A DNA stretch of 64,000 nt from Yuukianura sp. NJ FZ-2021 (taxonomy: Eukaryota): NCBI GenBank assembly GCA_046563655.1, contig CM102286.1:5828001-5892000 (forward strand), in the 5' to 3' direction. Positions 27,794 to 40,123 of this stretch are shown here, one piece after another. Within the stretch, counting starts at the first letter, position 1; every line of letters starts with the position of its first letter. The notes under the pieces were generated by a model. The model did not search any database. It was not told the origin of the DNA and saw nothing but the letters and a program-made list of their open reading frames with translations. The translations under genes and the position numbers were made by a program.

Positions 27794-27946
27794 TTCGTGT
27801 GTAGTTCTAGCTGGAAATTGCTCGTCTATCCTGAGGTAAATTGTTAGAATCCTTTATTTATACTTTTTATTTCAACATGTTAACAATTCAATGTTAATTA
27901 ATTATTTGGCAGACGGACATAACATTTTCATCGTTTCACATTTAAT

Positions 27947-29858
27947 ATGCAGAACTCCCTCGGAATAAGCAGTAAGTTTTCTAATATACAAGTTTAATAA
28001 AACTTCATCATAAGTTAAAGTGCCTATATGTTATATAAGTTGATTACGTTTATTAAAAAAATGTTTGTGAACAGGTAATCACGCGGAAGTGGACGCATTT
28101 ATTGGAAATCACACAGGTGATTTTAAGACCAGAAATGGAATTCAGTAATCATTTAAAGATTCGCTGTTCACTTTCTTTGGAGGAGAATAGTGTGACGAAA
28201 CTGGGGAATTATTTTTTTAGTAACCATTGTCCAAATTGAATTTTGATTTCTAAATAGACATAGACCCGGAAGCATTTCAGCTTTGGGTGGAAGGAAATTC
28301 AGGTAAGCTGATTGTTTAAGAAACCCGAAAATCCTCAGATTCAGTCAATAGCTGCATTTGTAATTTATTTCTTTGTTTTCATTTACTAGTTCAGGAAGCT
28401 GCATTAGTTCTTCAGCAAAGAGGCGCCTTACAAATTTTTCCCGGTGCAACCATGGACCTTCTAGTTGCTGATGTTGTTGATCATTTCCGCACATACGGAG
28501 CACTGGAGAAATTGTTACAATCTCCTGCCAGAATTTATGACCAGTGGATTTTCCAAATGCTTCCTGGAGTTCAACAAACAATTATTAAAATGCGGGTTTT
28601 TTAAGCTGCGAATCTTGACTAAGTTCGCCGATGTACTGCGTTTGTAACTAATTATTTTTATTTTCTGGCTCACAGGTATTACGAGTTTGACGATTCCGTT
28701 ATGCGTGAATTGTTAGGAAAAAAGCTCTCGGCTCGCCAGCGAAAAGACTTGGACGAAGTTAGCCAAGTAACTGGAGTCAACTTGAAATCGTGCCGGTGAG
28801 TAAACTGTGATTTTAACATCATCTTTGCAAAAAATATGAGCTGAGTTTTTTTTGTATAAACAGCCGGCAGTTTGACAACTTGAAACGTATTACCAAACTT
28901 GTGGAGGAATTACCCGGTTCTGTGTTTCAGCACATCAAGTACAACTTCTGCTTACCGGATGAACTGACCAAGTAAGAATATGACATTAGGCGATGTTTTG
29001 GGAACTGTAATAGCTAACTCGGAAGCTAAGCTAAAGGTTAATGGTTCACGCAGAAAGTACTGTGCCGTCATTTTCATTGCTGGAAACCGATTTGAAACCA
29101 ACAAGCGGAAGTTACATTACCTCACCTTCGCCGATTTCTATACCTGTGCTCATTCAATGATGACACATTGGACGGCGGTAGCTGCTGAAGAGGAATCCGA
29201 AGGCGAAAGTATTGAACTGGACAGGGAATTTTTAATGGATCTGCGTGATCTCAGAAATCTTCTGGAAAGAGAGAAAGAACATAAATTGTACGTTTAAATT
29301 AAAATGATATGAATCAAATTAGGGTTGTCTTAACTACAGATGCCATATTTACAGGTTGACATGCAAGACTTTGAAGGGGAAAATCTCGGATAGAATCTAC
29401 AGCGAAATCGAGCATAATTTTAAGGTGCGTCAGAACAAAAAAAAAGTTTCGGTTAAAATCAAATTAAGCAATATGCTTATTCATATTCTTGGTTTGGCAG
29501 GTATATTCCAGAACGTTGATTAACATTGCCTACGGACTGAATCACAGTAAAGAACTTCGAGATTTATTTATTGACCTTGTTGAAAAATACGTCGATCCAT
29601 GTAAACATTTACATTGGCCGCCATCGGAAATGAGAACGTTTCTAATTGCCTACACGGACACCGCGTCGCAATTGGACATTCTCAAACTGTATGTACAAAT
29701 TACTGTTTCAGAAATAGAAATAAGATTATGCTTGTGAATAACATTTGTTCTGAACACTTTTTGTTTTTCCAACTTTAAGACAACCAAGTCTGAAGGTCGT
29801 TTGGAAGCGATACATGGATGGTCTTATGGGATGTATTTTAGCGATGTATCACAATTGA
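27947..29858 (+). CDS. FIBP: Acidic FGF intracellular binding protein homolog, ~10 coding exons, one GC-AG intron
   Basis: EVDAFIGNHT.IDPEAFQLWVEG, DHFRTY..LEKLL, YYEFDDSVMRELLGKKLS...KDLDEVS..TGV.LKSCRRQFDN.KRI, NRFETNKRKLHYLTF.DF, LDREFL.DLRDL, HSKELRDLFIDLVEK. All are collinear with FIBP. Confidence 0.93.
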
Positions 29859-30726
29859 GTATACAAAGCTTCCGAGATTTCACTCACCAACACTGTAACA
29901 TTTGTAATCGAAAACAATATTTAGTAGTCGAACTCATTTTTGAAATAAACTTCCCGGAGGTATAGTCCAAAATGGAGTAGAATTTGAATTTTTTTTAAGA
30001 TTCGCATTGTTTGGATTACAACTATCCTTACCACCACATTGGTTCCAGTATGCATTTCAAATGCGTTTTAATTCCTAGTGAATTTACTAATTACGAATAC
30101 GATTACAAACCCAAAAAGTTTAATTCAACCATATCCATACCAGTCAAAGTAAATGACATGACCTGAGCAATATAAGAATCTTGTTGACAGTTTGCCCATG
30201 TATGACGTTGGATGTTGTACACAGAGTTGGTAGATTACTACGACCTTTACCTTGACCAATCAACGAGCGATTGATTTATAAACCTTCAAAACAAACTCCT
30301 CTGCTGGACACTGGAAGAATTTTATTCGCTTGCTTGTTACGGCACAGGGTTTCGTTCGAGGAAGGTTTGCATTCCAGAGTCTGTCTCCTGTGGTTTGCCG
30401 GCTTTTACCAATTACTCAACGTCAAGTCTCCTACTCAGTTGCCGGTATGGTGGCAAGGAATGTTAAATCAATTTTATATAACATATTAGTTTTACCATCC
30501 ACACGACTGGAGAATATAAATTGAGTTGCGTTCTACGCAATGGGCAGTGTGATGTAACTTGTATTAACTAAGCAAGTCTAATGGTTAAGTTAGTACACAC
30601 TGAACGAACCGAATATGATTACAGATATCCGTTTTCTTATGCATTTTCAGGTCCACCGGAGTATTTGATTTAAGTCAGCGTAAGCCTACATTTCTTCGGC
30701 AGCAAAAGGACGGTACCGGGTAGGTA

Positions 30727-33700
30727 ATGGAACCGGAAGTTAAGGAACATTCCAGTGACGACCATCCTCGGGTTGCCGTCCCTTCAGAATCTCCAGGTTC
30801 GAGTTCACTTCTCGTGCAACCAATATTGATTTCGTCACCTCCACAACCAGCAAATTCATCGAATAAAGCGAGAGCTCCGCCGTCATTGATTCCGATCAGT
30901 AGTTTTACGAATCAATTCAGAGATCATACACAACCGCCAGGATTCGACATCAGTCCTGGAACCTCGTCGTCTTTTCGTTTGAAAAATGCACTCACAACAT
31001 CACAGCCGATGCAACAAAGGCAGTCAGTTATACAGTTACACGATGAAGCGGATGACGTTGACGAAGATATGGAGATGGACGTCCAGCAGGGGAACTGGAC
31101 TGCCGACGATCCATCTTCGCCTCAAATCTCCCCACAGCAACCTCGAGTGGTTCCTTCTGCAACTATGAATAAGAGTCACCATTCGAACAAGCGTTCAATA
31201 TCTTCATCTCCTTTAGTCTCTACATCATCTCATTCAATTACTTCTGGAGTTAAACTTCACATCCATCGAGCTTCAGTGGACAGTTCACCACCGACAAATA
31301 TAAAACGTCCGGACGTAGTGGAGCAGCAGTCTTTGTATTCAGACGAATCAGAAGGATCTGTGCAGTCATCTCACGATGACTCCTCCGGACAGTCATCATC
31401 GAATAGTGCAAATATTAATAGCATCTTGAATGCTATAAGAAGCAACACCAGTCTTACAATTGAAGAGGTCCCAGTCCTTCCTACTTCCAGTACCGGGTCT
31501 TCCTCTCTTCGATATGGAAATCCTGAAGGAGAGATGAACAGTCGAAATACCGAGTTTAAACGCAACTCTAACGATAAGGTGGAAGTTTTTATCGTTCCGC
31601 AACATACTCCAATTGTAGGTTCGGGTGCATCAAACTTCCAAGTATTTTCAAGTCCGTCTCCAGCTTCACGTGGAACTGGAAGACGTGGTAGACCAAAGCG
31701 GTTACCAGCAGTAGCATTTTTACATGGAGAGTCAGGTGGAGAGACACCAGAGGCCGGAGGTAGCCGAAGAACTCCACGAGATCGGAAACCTACGAAGCAT
31801 TTCATGCCGGATTTTAGTCGCTTCAGAGGGTTCAAGAAACGGGGACTCGAATTACTAGAATCTATGAAAGCAGAAGAGGCCTCGAATGAGGCAGTTACTC
31901 CAGAGACGCCCATGAGTGATAAGACGGATTCTGAGGAACAAACGCCTGTCAAAAGGCGTGGCAGACCAAGTACTGGCAGGGCACGAGGGAGACCTAGAGG
32001 ATCGACTGGAATACCCAGAAGGAGGAAGATACCTGTCTCCGAAGATGTTGATGATCCAGACAAATCGAAAACAGATGAAACATCCGAAGGTGAAAAGGCC
32101 TCTCGCCGTGCAAATAACTCCGACGACGTTGATACTCCTACTAAACAAGTTGTTAGAACACCGCGAGGTAAACTCATACTTTTCAAATCAATTGATCGGT
32201 AACTTTTGAAACTACGTCTCTAGTAACGTCGCTCTGTGTCTGTAGCAAATTCTAAAGTTCTACTTAACACTGTTTATAGGAGCCAGAGCGGCAAGAGGCG
32301 GAGCCAGAGGTGGAAGACGTATTACAAAAGCCCAGAAAATCCAAAAAGCTAAGCTAAAAAAGCTTCTTAGCAACCGGAAGGACTCTCTTCAATTATTTGA
32401 GGAGGAAACACGAATGAGTTCCGACGTGAAACCTGCAATGGGTAATGGAATATCGCTGAAACCGATGTAGTAGATTGGATCAAAGGTCAATCTAATTTCT
32501 GTTTTGAATCGAACTGTAGCTATCACACAAACGATGGAGAGTGAAGACGCAAGTAATTCCACTACAAACACTTCCACAACTACTAAACAAAAGAAACAAT
32601 GGAAAGCGGCAGAAGTTGAAGAGCAGTAAGGCATAAACTATAGTTTAAAGAGCTTTTGTATTTTTAAAAGGTTAATTCGACGTTTTCTTTCAGGAGACCA
32701 GTTACTGCTGAGACACTGTTTGAGTATCACTGGCCTGTTGATGATCCATTGGCTGAGATTTTCTTCCTCCAGGAACAAGTTTCAGATTATCTTGGAGTAA
32801 AATCGTTCAAAAGGAAATACCCGGATTTGAAGCGCCGAACAGTTGAAATGGCAGAGCGTGACTTTCTACGAGGTCATAAAATTGTGTCAGAAACACAATG
32901 CGACCTGGGTCTCACAGCCCTGCATAGCAACCATGTTTTGGAAATTATGTTCAAGGACTTCCCGGATAAATACGAAGAGTACCGTGTTGTTGTTCAAGAG
33001 CGGCGGGACCGTGAGTATATGAAACAAAAACCGCAACAGTCCAGCACAGCCGCGTCTGCCAGAGATAAAGGAGCTGAATTCATGCGACGTATACTAAATT
33101 CTTGCTCTTCCTGGAACAGTAAATTGAACAGAGAAAGGGCTGAAGAAAGATCTTGCTACTTTGATCAACAAACGTTCACAATGAACATTCAAAAGGCAAA
33201 GATGAAGGTGTTGCCGCCCCATGCTACCAAGATGGGCTACTACCCAGTTTCTGTTTTACCGGGGCAATACACGGATAATTATACCAAGTAAGTCCTGCTA
33301 TACTTTCGCTGTGTCTGTCGCAGTACTTTTACTTACGCATCCAATCTTAATTCATAATTTTTTTTTAGATATTCGGCAGATGAACTCAAATACTTGCCGC
33401 TCAATACGGTGTCCTATGGCCCTCTCATTGACAACCATTATAACAACATCGGATCCGACGATTCTTCTGATTCAGACGGGTCTTCTAGCAGTTCAGATGA
33501 CTCCAGGTACATATTGATGTTACCTATATCAATAGGTTTTTAAAAAATGTCTAACCATTTAACAAAACTCCAACAGTTCGTCCAGTGATAGCGAGGGTTC
33601 GGACAGAGAGAAGCGTTCGCTAAATACTGGCCCAATGACTTCAGTTGTTGGTGAAAATGGAGCTTCTGGAACGAGCGCTGTCTCCTGTAAAACTTGTGAG

Positions 33701-34659
33701 GGAGACGTTCATAAAAACAAGGATGGCCAGTTTGAAGTTCTCATACAATGCACGAAATGCGACGTAGCAAGTAAGTCAAATCTGCCATTCTCTCCTGGAG
33801 GAGCAATACTTTGTTGACAGCTTGAATGTTTTTTAACATCTTTGTATTTTCGCCCAGATCATCCGTCTTGCTTGGAACTCTCGTTGGATATGCTTCCGTT
33901 TATCAAGAAATATAACTGGCAATGTACAGACTGCAAGAATTGTATCGAATGTAACGACCCTGCCGACGAAGACAAAATGCTGTTCTGCGACTTGTGTGAC
34001 AGAGGGTAAGTACTCTCATTTTCCAAAGCAAATGCTCGCAGCATCGTCTCGCGCTGCTTGATGTTTAACTTCCATTTCATTTCAGGTACCATATTTACTG
34101 TGTCGGACTGAGAAAAGTCCCTACAGGACGTTGGCATTGTCGTGTTTGCGCTATTTGTCACTCTTGTGCAACTACGAAACCTGTCGGTGACGAGCGAGGA
34201 ACTGAATGGCACCACGTTGTAAGTTCAAGTTTAACCTCTATGGAATTTTCAAAATCGAAATCTTTAAATCGTTTATTGTTAATTTTAGTTTAAAAAAGGA
34301 GAGAAAGGCGCCAAAGTGTTCAGTCACTCGGTGTGCATAACCTGCTACAAACTTTTTCGAAAAGGTCAATTCTGTCCGTCATGTAACAAGTCCCACCAAA
34401 AGATCGATGACAAAACACTGCAGGAGTGCAGAAGCTGTGAGAAATTGATCCACAAAGGTAACAACTTTTAACTCGCATGCATTTAACACTTATGCATTTA
34501 CGTGCTAATTACTTTATGGTTAATTTTTATATTATAGAGTGCATCAAGAGACAGCAGCAATCCATGGCTGGAATTTTATGCGACCCTTGCGATGCAGCCG
34601 CTAAGGCTAAATCAAAGACAAAGGATAGCTTCGTAAAACAGAATTTTCTATTTTATTAA
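30727..34659 (+). CDS. PHF10: PHD finger protein 10 / SAYP (PBAF subunit): low-complexity N-terminus with AT-hooks, SAY domain, tandem PHD fingers
   Basis: AT-hook cores RGRP. SAY domain FEYHWP...FFLQEQVSDYLGVKSFKRKYPDL...ETQCDLGLTAL...YYPVSVLPGQY. Double PHD HPSCLEL...[37 protein letters not shown].GRWHC. Confidence 0.92.
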
Positions 34660-34930
34660 ATATAGTACATTTATGTAAAATAATATAAATATTTATAGTA
34701 ATAAGGAAGAGAATGTGAATGCATTTCAAATCCTACATTTGACATTAACACCCCGAATGTCAAATTAATCCAACCCAAGATTTGAATTCGTATAGGATTT
34801 GCCTATGAGTAAACAGTAAACAAACTTGAAAAACAACAAAAACTTTTCCTTTTGTAACACTACGGTGCATATGACGGTGAGAAACATTTGCCGACCGTTG
34901 GCATCTGACTTGCTCCTAATCATAATCCCT

Positions 34931-37900
34931 TTAAGTATTCTTGTTTCTCTTCTGCTGCCGTGCCCTGTAAATATCGTTTTGCGGTGGTGTGAAACTGTTT
35001 GTATCTCCTGCTTCCTCTTCACTGTCATGTCCATGATGACCGTGATGCCCCCCTCCACGACCCTGGAAACGCCGCTTGAATCCACCTCTGCGTCGTCCTC
35101 CGCCGTGGTTGTTATGGTGATCTCTGTCTCGATCACGATCTCCACCATCTTCGTCTCTTTCCGCATTCACCCAATGGACTGATTTCGCAAGCTCGAATTG
35201 CTGTTGGTCAACTCCTTCTCCAGTGGGCGGTGGAGCTGCTTCAGGAAGCTCAAGTCGACGGAACAGATCCATCAGAGGATCAACTGCTACGAAGGGACCA
35301 TGGAAGTAATGTGGCGGTGGAATCATAGATGTGAGATGAGCTGCTGCTGGTGGCATTGGAAATGTTCCACCTAACGTATTGAAATCAGCGATTATTGTCC
35401 TACTTCTTACAATGCGTTTGTAACGACAACGCTGTAGCAGTGTGATTTGGCAGGACTCACCAGGAACGAAATGTTCGCCCGGGTATGCATCTAGTTTAGG
35501 CTTGAAAGGCACCATTTGAGAAAAGTCTGGGCGACACATTTTTTCTTCGTTGTCTTCTTCAGTCTCCACGTGATCAGAATTCATGATCAGCGGTAAAATT
35601 AGCTTGTTTGGATTTGAAGACACTGCAAGGACGTCAGTGTAGCTAATAGACCTGAAACAAAACATTGGCGTCAATGATGTTCTAACTTTTTTTTCAAAAA
35701 CGAGTCGTGACTCGTGAATGTGTTTTTACTTGAGTTCTTGAGGTGTGCAGGGGTATAACTCCAGGAACTTGTACCGATCAACGATCTGAGCCGTTTCTTT
35801 TCCTTCGAATTCCTTAATCTGAGAAACAAGCTTCGATTAATTTTCGCTGCAGTGATGTTATTCGTGTTCGTTATTAATATTATAATTTATAGTTCAATTC
35901 TATTATATAGTATTATAGTTCATATCATTATCAGTATTTAGTTCAATATTAGTTCATTAGCGTTACCTGGTTTAACACTGTACTTCTTCGTTTCTCTACT
36001 TTGATAATGCTGCTCAAGTCACCAATGCCAGATTCAAATTCAAGGAACTTGTTCCAAATGTCGCTGCAGAAAAGCAAAATTATTTAAAAAAAAACTCTAA
36101 AAAAGAAAACGTATAATTCGTAATTAGTAATTCATTACCACTTACACAGATTTCTCAGGAGGCAAACTGCCGGATGTCAGTACGCGTTCAAATAAGACTC
36201 GTGTGTTGTTGTCCTCTGTAGTTTCAAAAATTAAGACATTAAATTAAAACTTTGTACTAAGGTTACAGCGCATGCGAACCAAAATCAGCATCCATTGTAA
36301 TAGGTTTCTAATAAAAATCTATCGAGTTTTTAACAAAATTGGATTACTACTAAAAAACAAAATCCATGTAGGTAAATGACATTGCGACTTTAAACATTTC
36401 AGCAACGTACAGTCCATAGAATTAAAATGACAATTTCGGTTGTAACATTTTTTTTCCAAGAACGTTAGAACGTGGTCTTAGAATCATAAAATGCATTTCG
36501 AAAAACTTTCACTCAAGAATTTTTCGACGTAGAATCTTATAACGCTACGGCTGTGACAAAAAAGAAGAAGTTTTTTTTAAACTAATGGACCTTCTTTGCC
36601 TTCTTCAAAAAGCTTTCACCAAATCAATCCATACTTTCTTTTGGTAAAAATCATAAACAAACGGAAGTTATCAACCCTAAAGCTCTTATTACATACACCC
36701 TCTAAAAATGAGCAACGCTTTTCATCCCCTCGAATTTTAGGTTTTAGTAACTGTAACGGAAATCTCGCTTCGTCAAATGTTTATCAATCTGGCTTACCAA
36801 GCGATATACTAACATAGACCGAAACAGCCTCAAATTGTGATAGAATGAAATGGACGCTGATTTTGCCAAGGACATGCGCAATTCCAAATGATAAATTACC
36901 ATTTAAATGAGACAGATAGTCCAAGTAACTCAAAATAAAATCGGGGTCATCGGGAAACTTTTTGAGCCCGAGTTCGAAAATCCTAAAAGCGATATTCTGA
37001 TCCTTGCTGCAGTAGTACTCCATCAGAGCTGCTGCGACATAAACATGAAACTTGGAACGAGGATCTTCTCGAGCCTTTTTGAAAATACTTCTTGCGCTTT
37101 TGATGCCTTCAGCACGACGCGCAAACTTCATGTACTGAACAAATGCCTACAATAATTACACAACCTCAATTAATTCAAAAGCCACTTCAGGAGATTAAAA
37201 ATAGTTGAGCTGTTTAGTACTCGGGGACAACAAATGGGGCTGGAATTTTGCCTTTTCTTATGTTGACAAGCTCGGAGAGCGCAGGCGCACCAATCCTCCA
37301 GCGGACAGTCAGCTCATCAGTTGAACTAAGTCTTGGTTAGACGACAACGTCTGGAGACAGCTTGGTGCACCTACCTCCTCCAGCCAAGGTCAACCGAGTA
37401 GGGCATTCCAGTTCGAGAAGTCAGAACTTGGATGACACAAGCCATTGAACAAAAGAAAAAATCAAGACAAAAGAATTTGAGATGATTTCCGGGGCTTTGA
37501 GGCTTATTATTGTGGCGTAGGGGTGGTGGCGACGGAAGGCAAAGACATGATTTAATAAGTTCTGAGACATTCGTCTCAGACATTATACATCGAAGACAAC
37601 ACCCAAACTTTTGATACCATAAAAATTGGCAGCATAAAGTTACAGTGAGGTTACATACAAGAGTCGGGTCAACGTCCTCGATGTCCAGAATCTTTTGGTA
37701 GATGTTGTGCACTTTCTCATACTTCATCCGTCCTTCCTCAAAGTCAGCGTAAGCAAAATAGAGCAGCATGTTCTTGTTCAGAACACCAGTAGTTGCTCGT
37801 TCGTACATTGACGCAGCTTCATCATGGAAAACTTTTGTGGAGTTCGTGTCCTAAAGTCATTTGAAAAACAGCGATTCAATATTTTGTGTTGTTTGAGGCA

Positions 37901-40123
37901 AACGTTAATTCACAGTTTTCTAACATACCCCTTTCTCAGTGAACGTCTTAGCTGTCGTCTCCAGAAACAAAGCAGCTTCGTACCAGATATCTGGATGATG
38001 GCCCAAACAGAGCAAGCACTGCTCGTAAGCAAACATAATACGTTTGGCCAAAAGTGTTGGATCTTCCGTTCGAAGAGGATTTGTCTTCTCCCAAGCAATA
38101 TATTTCTTCCAGATTGCCACCTAATGACGAGCAGAAACATTAACATTTTAGATCGGTTCAACACTCGTGCCAATAATTTATTAAATCGAACTTGTTTCAA
38201 TTCTTCATTGGAACCAGTCGGTGGAACTGACGGGAAGTTCCGATTGAGGCCCCGTGTAATCGCTTCGTATTCTTTTGCTACTCTGCGAGCATTCATGTAA
38301 TCACGTGAGCGTTCCATTGACATCTTCTCAGCAATTATAGGATTTATCCCGTTTTCGAAAGCAATGTAGTCTTTCCAGAGGGTTTCCACATTGACCATTG
38401 GCGTCATTACAGCTTTCTGATAAACCTAGAATAAAATATAGTAATGGTATCAGACTAGTATGATCTCACTTCTATCGTTGGACAACATGATATTTATCTA
38501 TATTTGCTATAAATAGGCATTTTGCAGCAAATGTCGGCATCATCGCTTATCCGAACTGACAATGGGGAATTCGGTCCAATGGTCTGGTTGCAGATATTCA
38601 ACAATTCCGGTTCTATCGCGGCGCCCACCGACATTTGCTACAAGAATAACCCAATTTACCTTTCGAACAGCGCTAATCCTTTGATTTTCTGCGTAAGAGC
38701 CAACTGCCTCGACCTGCTTCAAAAACGTGGCGTACTCGTTCCAAACAGAGAAGGACGAAATATCCATTCCAATTTTCTCCAAAGCAAAATCATATGACTG
38801 AGCCATTTTCTCCCTTGAAAGTAAAAGAAAATTAGCTTACAAAAGCTGACCGATCTTGCTTAAGTAGACTAGAATGGCTTTCCTTACTTGTAAGTTGGAA
38901 GAGTGGCTTTGGACTCCCGGATGTACAACAAATACAGTCTCCATAGCTCGATGTTGAGTACCTTGATGAGGCATCGCTGGAATAACTGCAGAATAAGGAG
39001 TTTCAGAAAAATCCAAACCAAATAATAATAGGTAATCAAACTCTCAAACTAGCATGGCGCATTGACTTCATAAAAGAATTTGTAATGAATTAATAAATTG
39101 GCAGTCACAGAGAGTGAGACGTAACGAATGGTCCAATAAAATTTCGTTGAATATTCTCTCAGAAATATCAAGTCTCTCAATGAAATCCAGCATAGCGCAT
39201 GGAAATATTTGAGGTTTATTTTACATTCGACACAACTTTGAGACCGAAAGGTAAACCTCTTCGGTGAGAAAAAAAAACTATATTTATTTTGACGTTTGAG
39301 TCCCTCAAGAAAGTATTTTAAAGAGAAATATCACAGAATTTACGTATTTATCACAGTATAAACACCATTTGGCAAAGGAGATCACTTAATTACATTTAAA
39401 TTGTCTAAATCCAGGAAATAAACATTACCTTCTCAACCTTGTCGAAATTTCTTGCCTTCATCTGCGGAAGGAACAAAACAACAAAAGGAATTAATTATTA
39501 AGGCCAACTTCATTTATTTATTTTAATTGATAACACAAGTTCAGGTTGGTTATTTTACCTCCTGTTCGATGTAGACTTTCCAGAATCTGCCAGTCGTAGG
39601 AAACGTTTTGACCAGTTTTTCAAAAACCGGTCTTACTTCTTCTACTTTTCGGTTTTGTAGTTCTCTTATGAGGATGTTCCAGGCATCGAGGTCGTACGGG
39701 TTTTCCTCAGTGACCAAGAAGGCCTTTTGTACCCCTTCGTTGGAGAACTAAAAAGAAGCAGTAATTGTCAAATAAAGTCGCAAAATGGTCTAAATTATCA
39801 ATACGTAACCTAAATTTAACAGCCCAACTACCATTGATCGTTCCTAATACACTTAAAATGAACAGTAACATAAATTAAGGAGTTGGGAATGACATGTAAC
39901 AATATTGGTTTGAGTACGTAATCCGCAATCCAATACGATAGCAACACTACTGCAAACTGCAGTTATAAATTTCCGTTTTGAAAGTACTGTCTGGAACTGG
40001 ATGATGGATCTGGAAAGCTCGCTTATGAATGACGTCAAACGAATCGTGATGCAAAAACACGAAGAATAACTACACTATAGAATGCTCGTCATAACCTCGA
40101 CTAAACCGAAAAGCACTTACCAT
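34931..40123 (-). CDS. CSTF3: Cleavage stimulation factor 77 kDa subunit (suppressor of forked), ~13 coding exons; ATG is the only coding triplet of the first coding exon
   Basis: HAT repeats [95 protein letters not shown]-terminus [14 protein letters not shown]. All introns GT-AG. Confidence 0.96.

Noticed and set aside
27567..27804. ORFs with PPTTNHQ / VVGGWWL repeats
   Set aside because: They are translations of the 7-bp CCAACCA microsatellite in the MITE arm, not genes.
31371..32186. 271-aa antisense ORF within the first PHF10 exon
   Set aside because: Shadow ORF of a low-complexity Ser/Arg/Pro-rich exon, with no independent features.
37300..37325. CUGAUGAG as a hammerhead ribozyme core (minus strand)
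   Set aside because: No stem II closed by a following GAAA and no correctly placed stem III or cleavage triplet.
37215..37585. Intronic RNase P / RNase MRP RNA (GTCTGAGAC and CGGGGCT fragments)
   Set aside because: The CR-I and CR-V halves needed for the P4 helix are not present in the right order and orientation on either strand.
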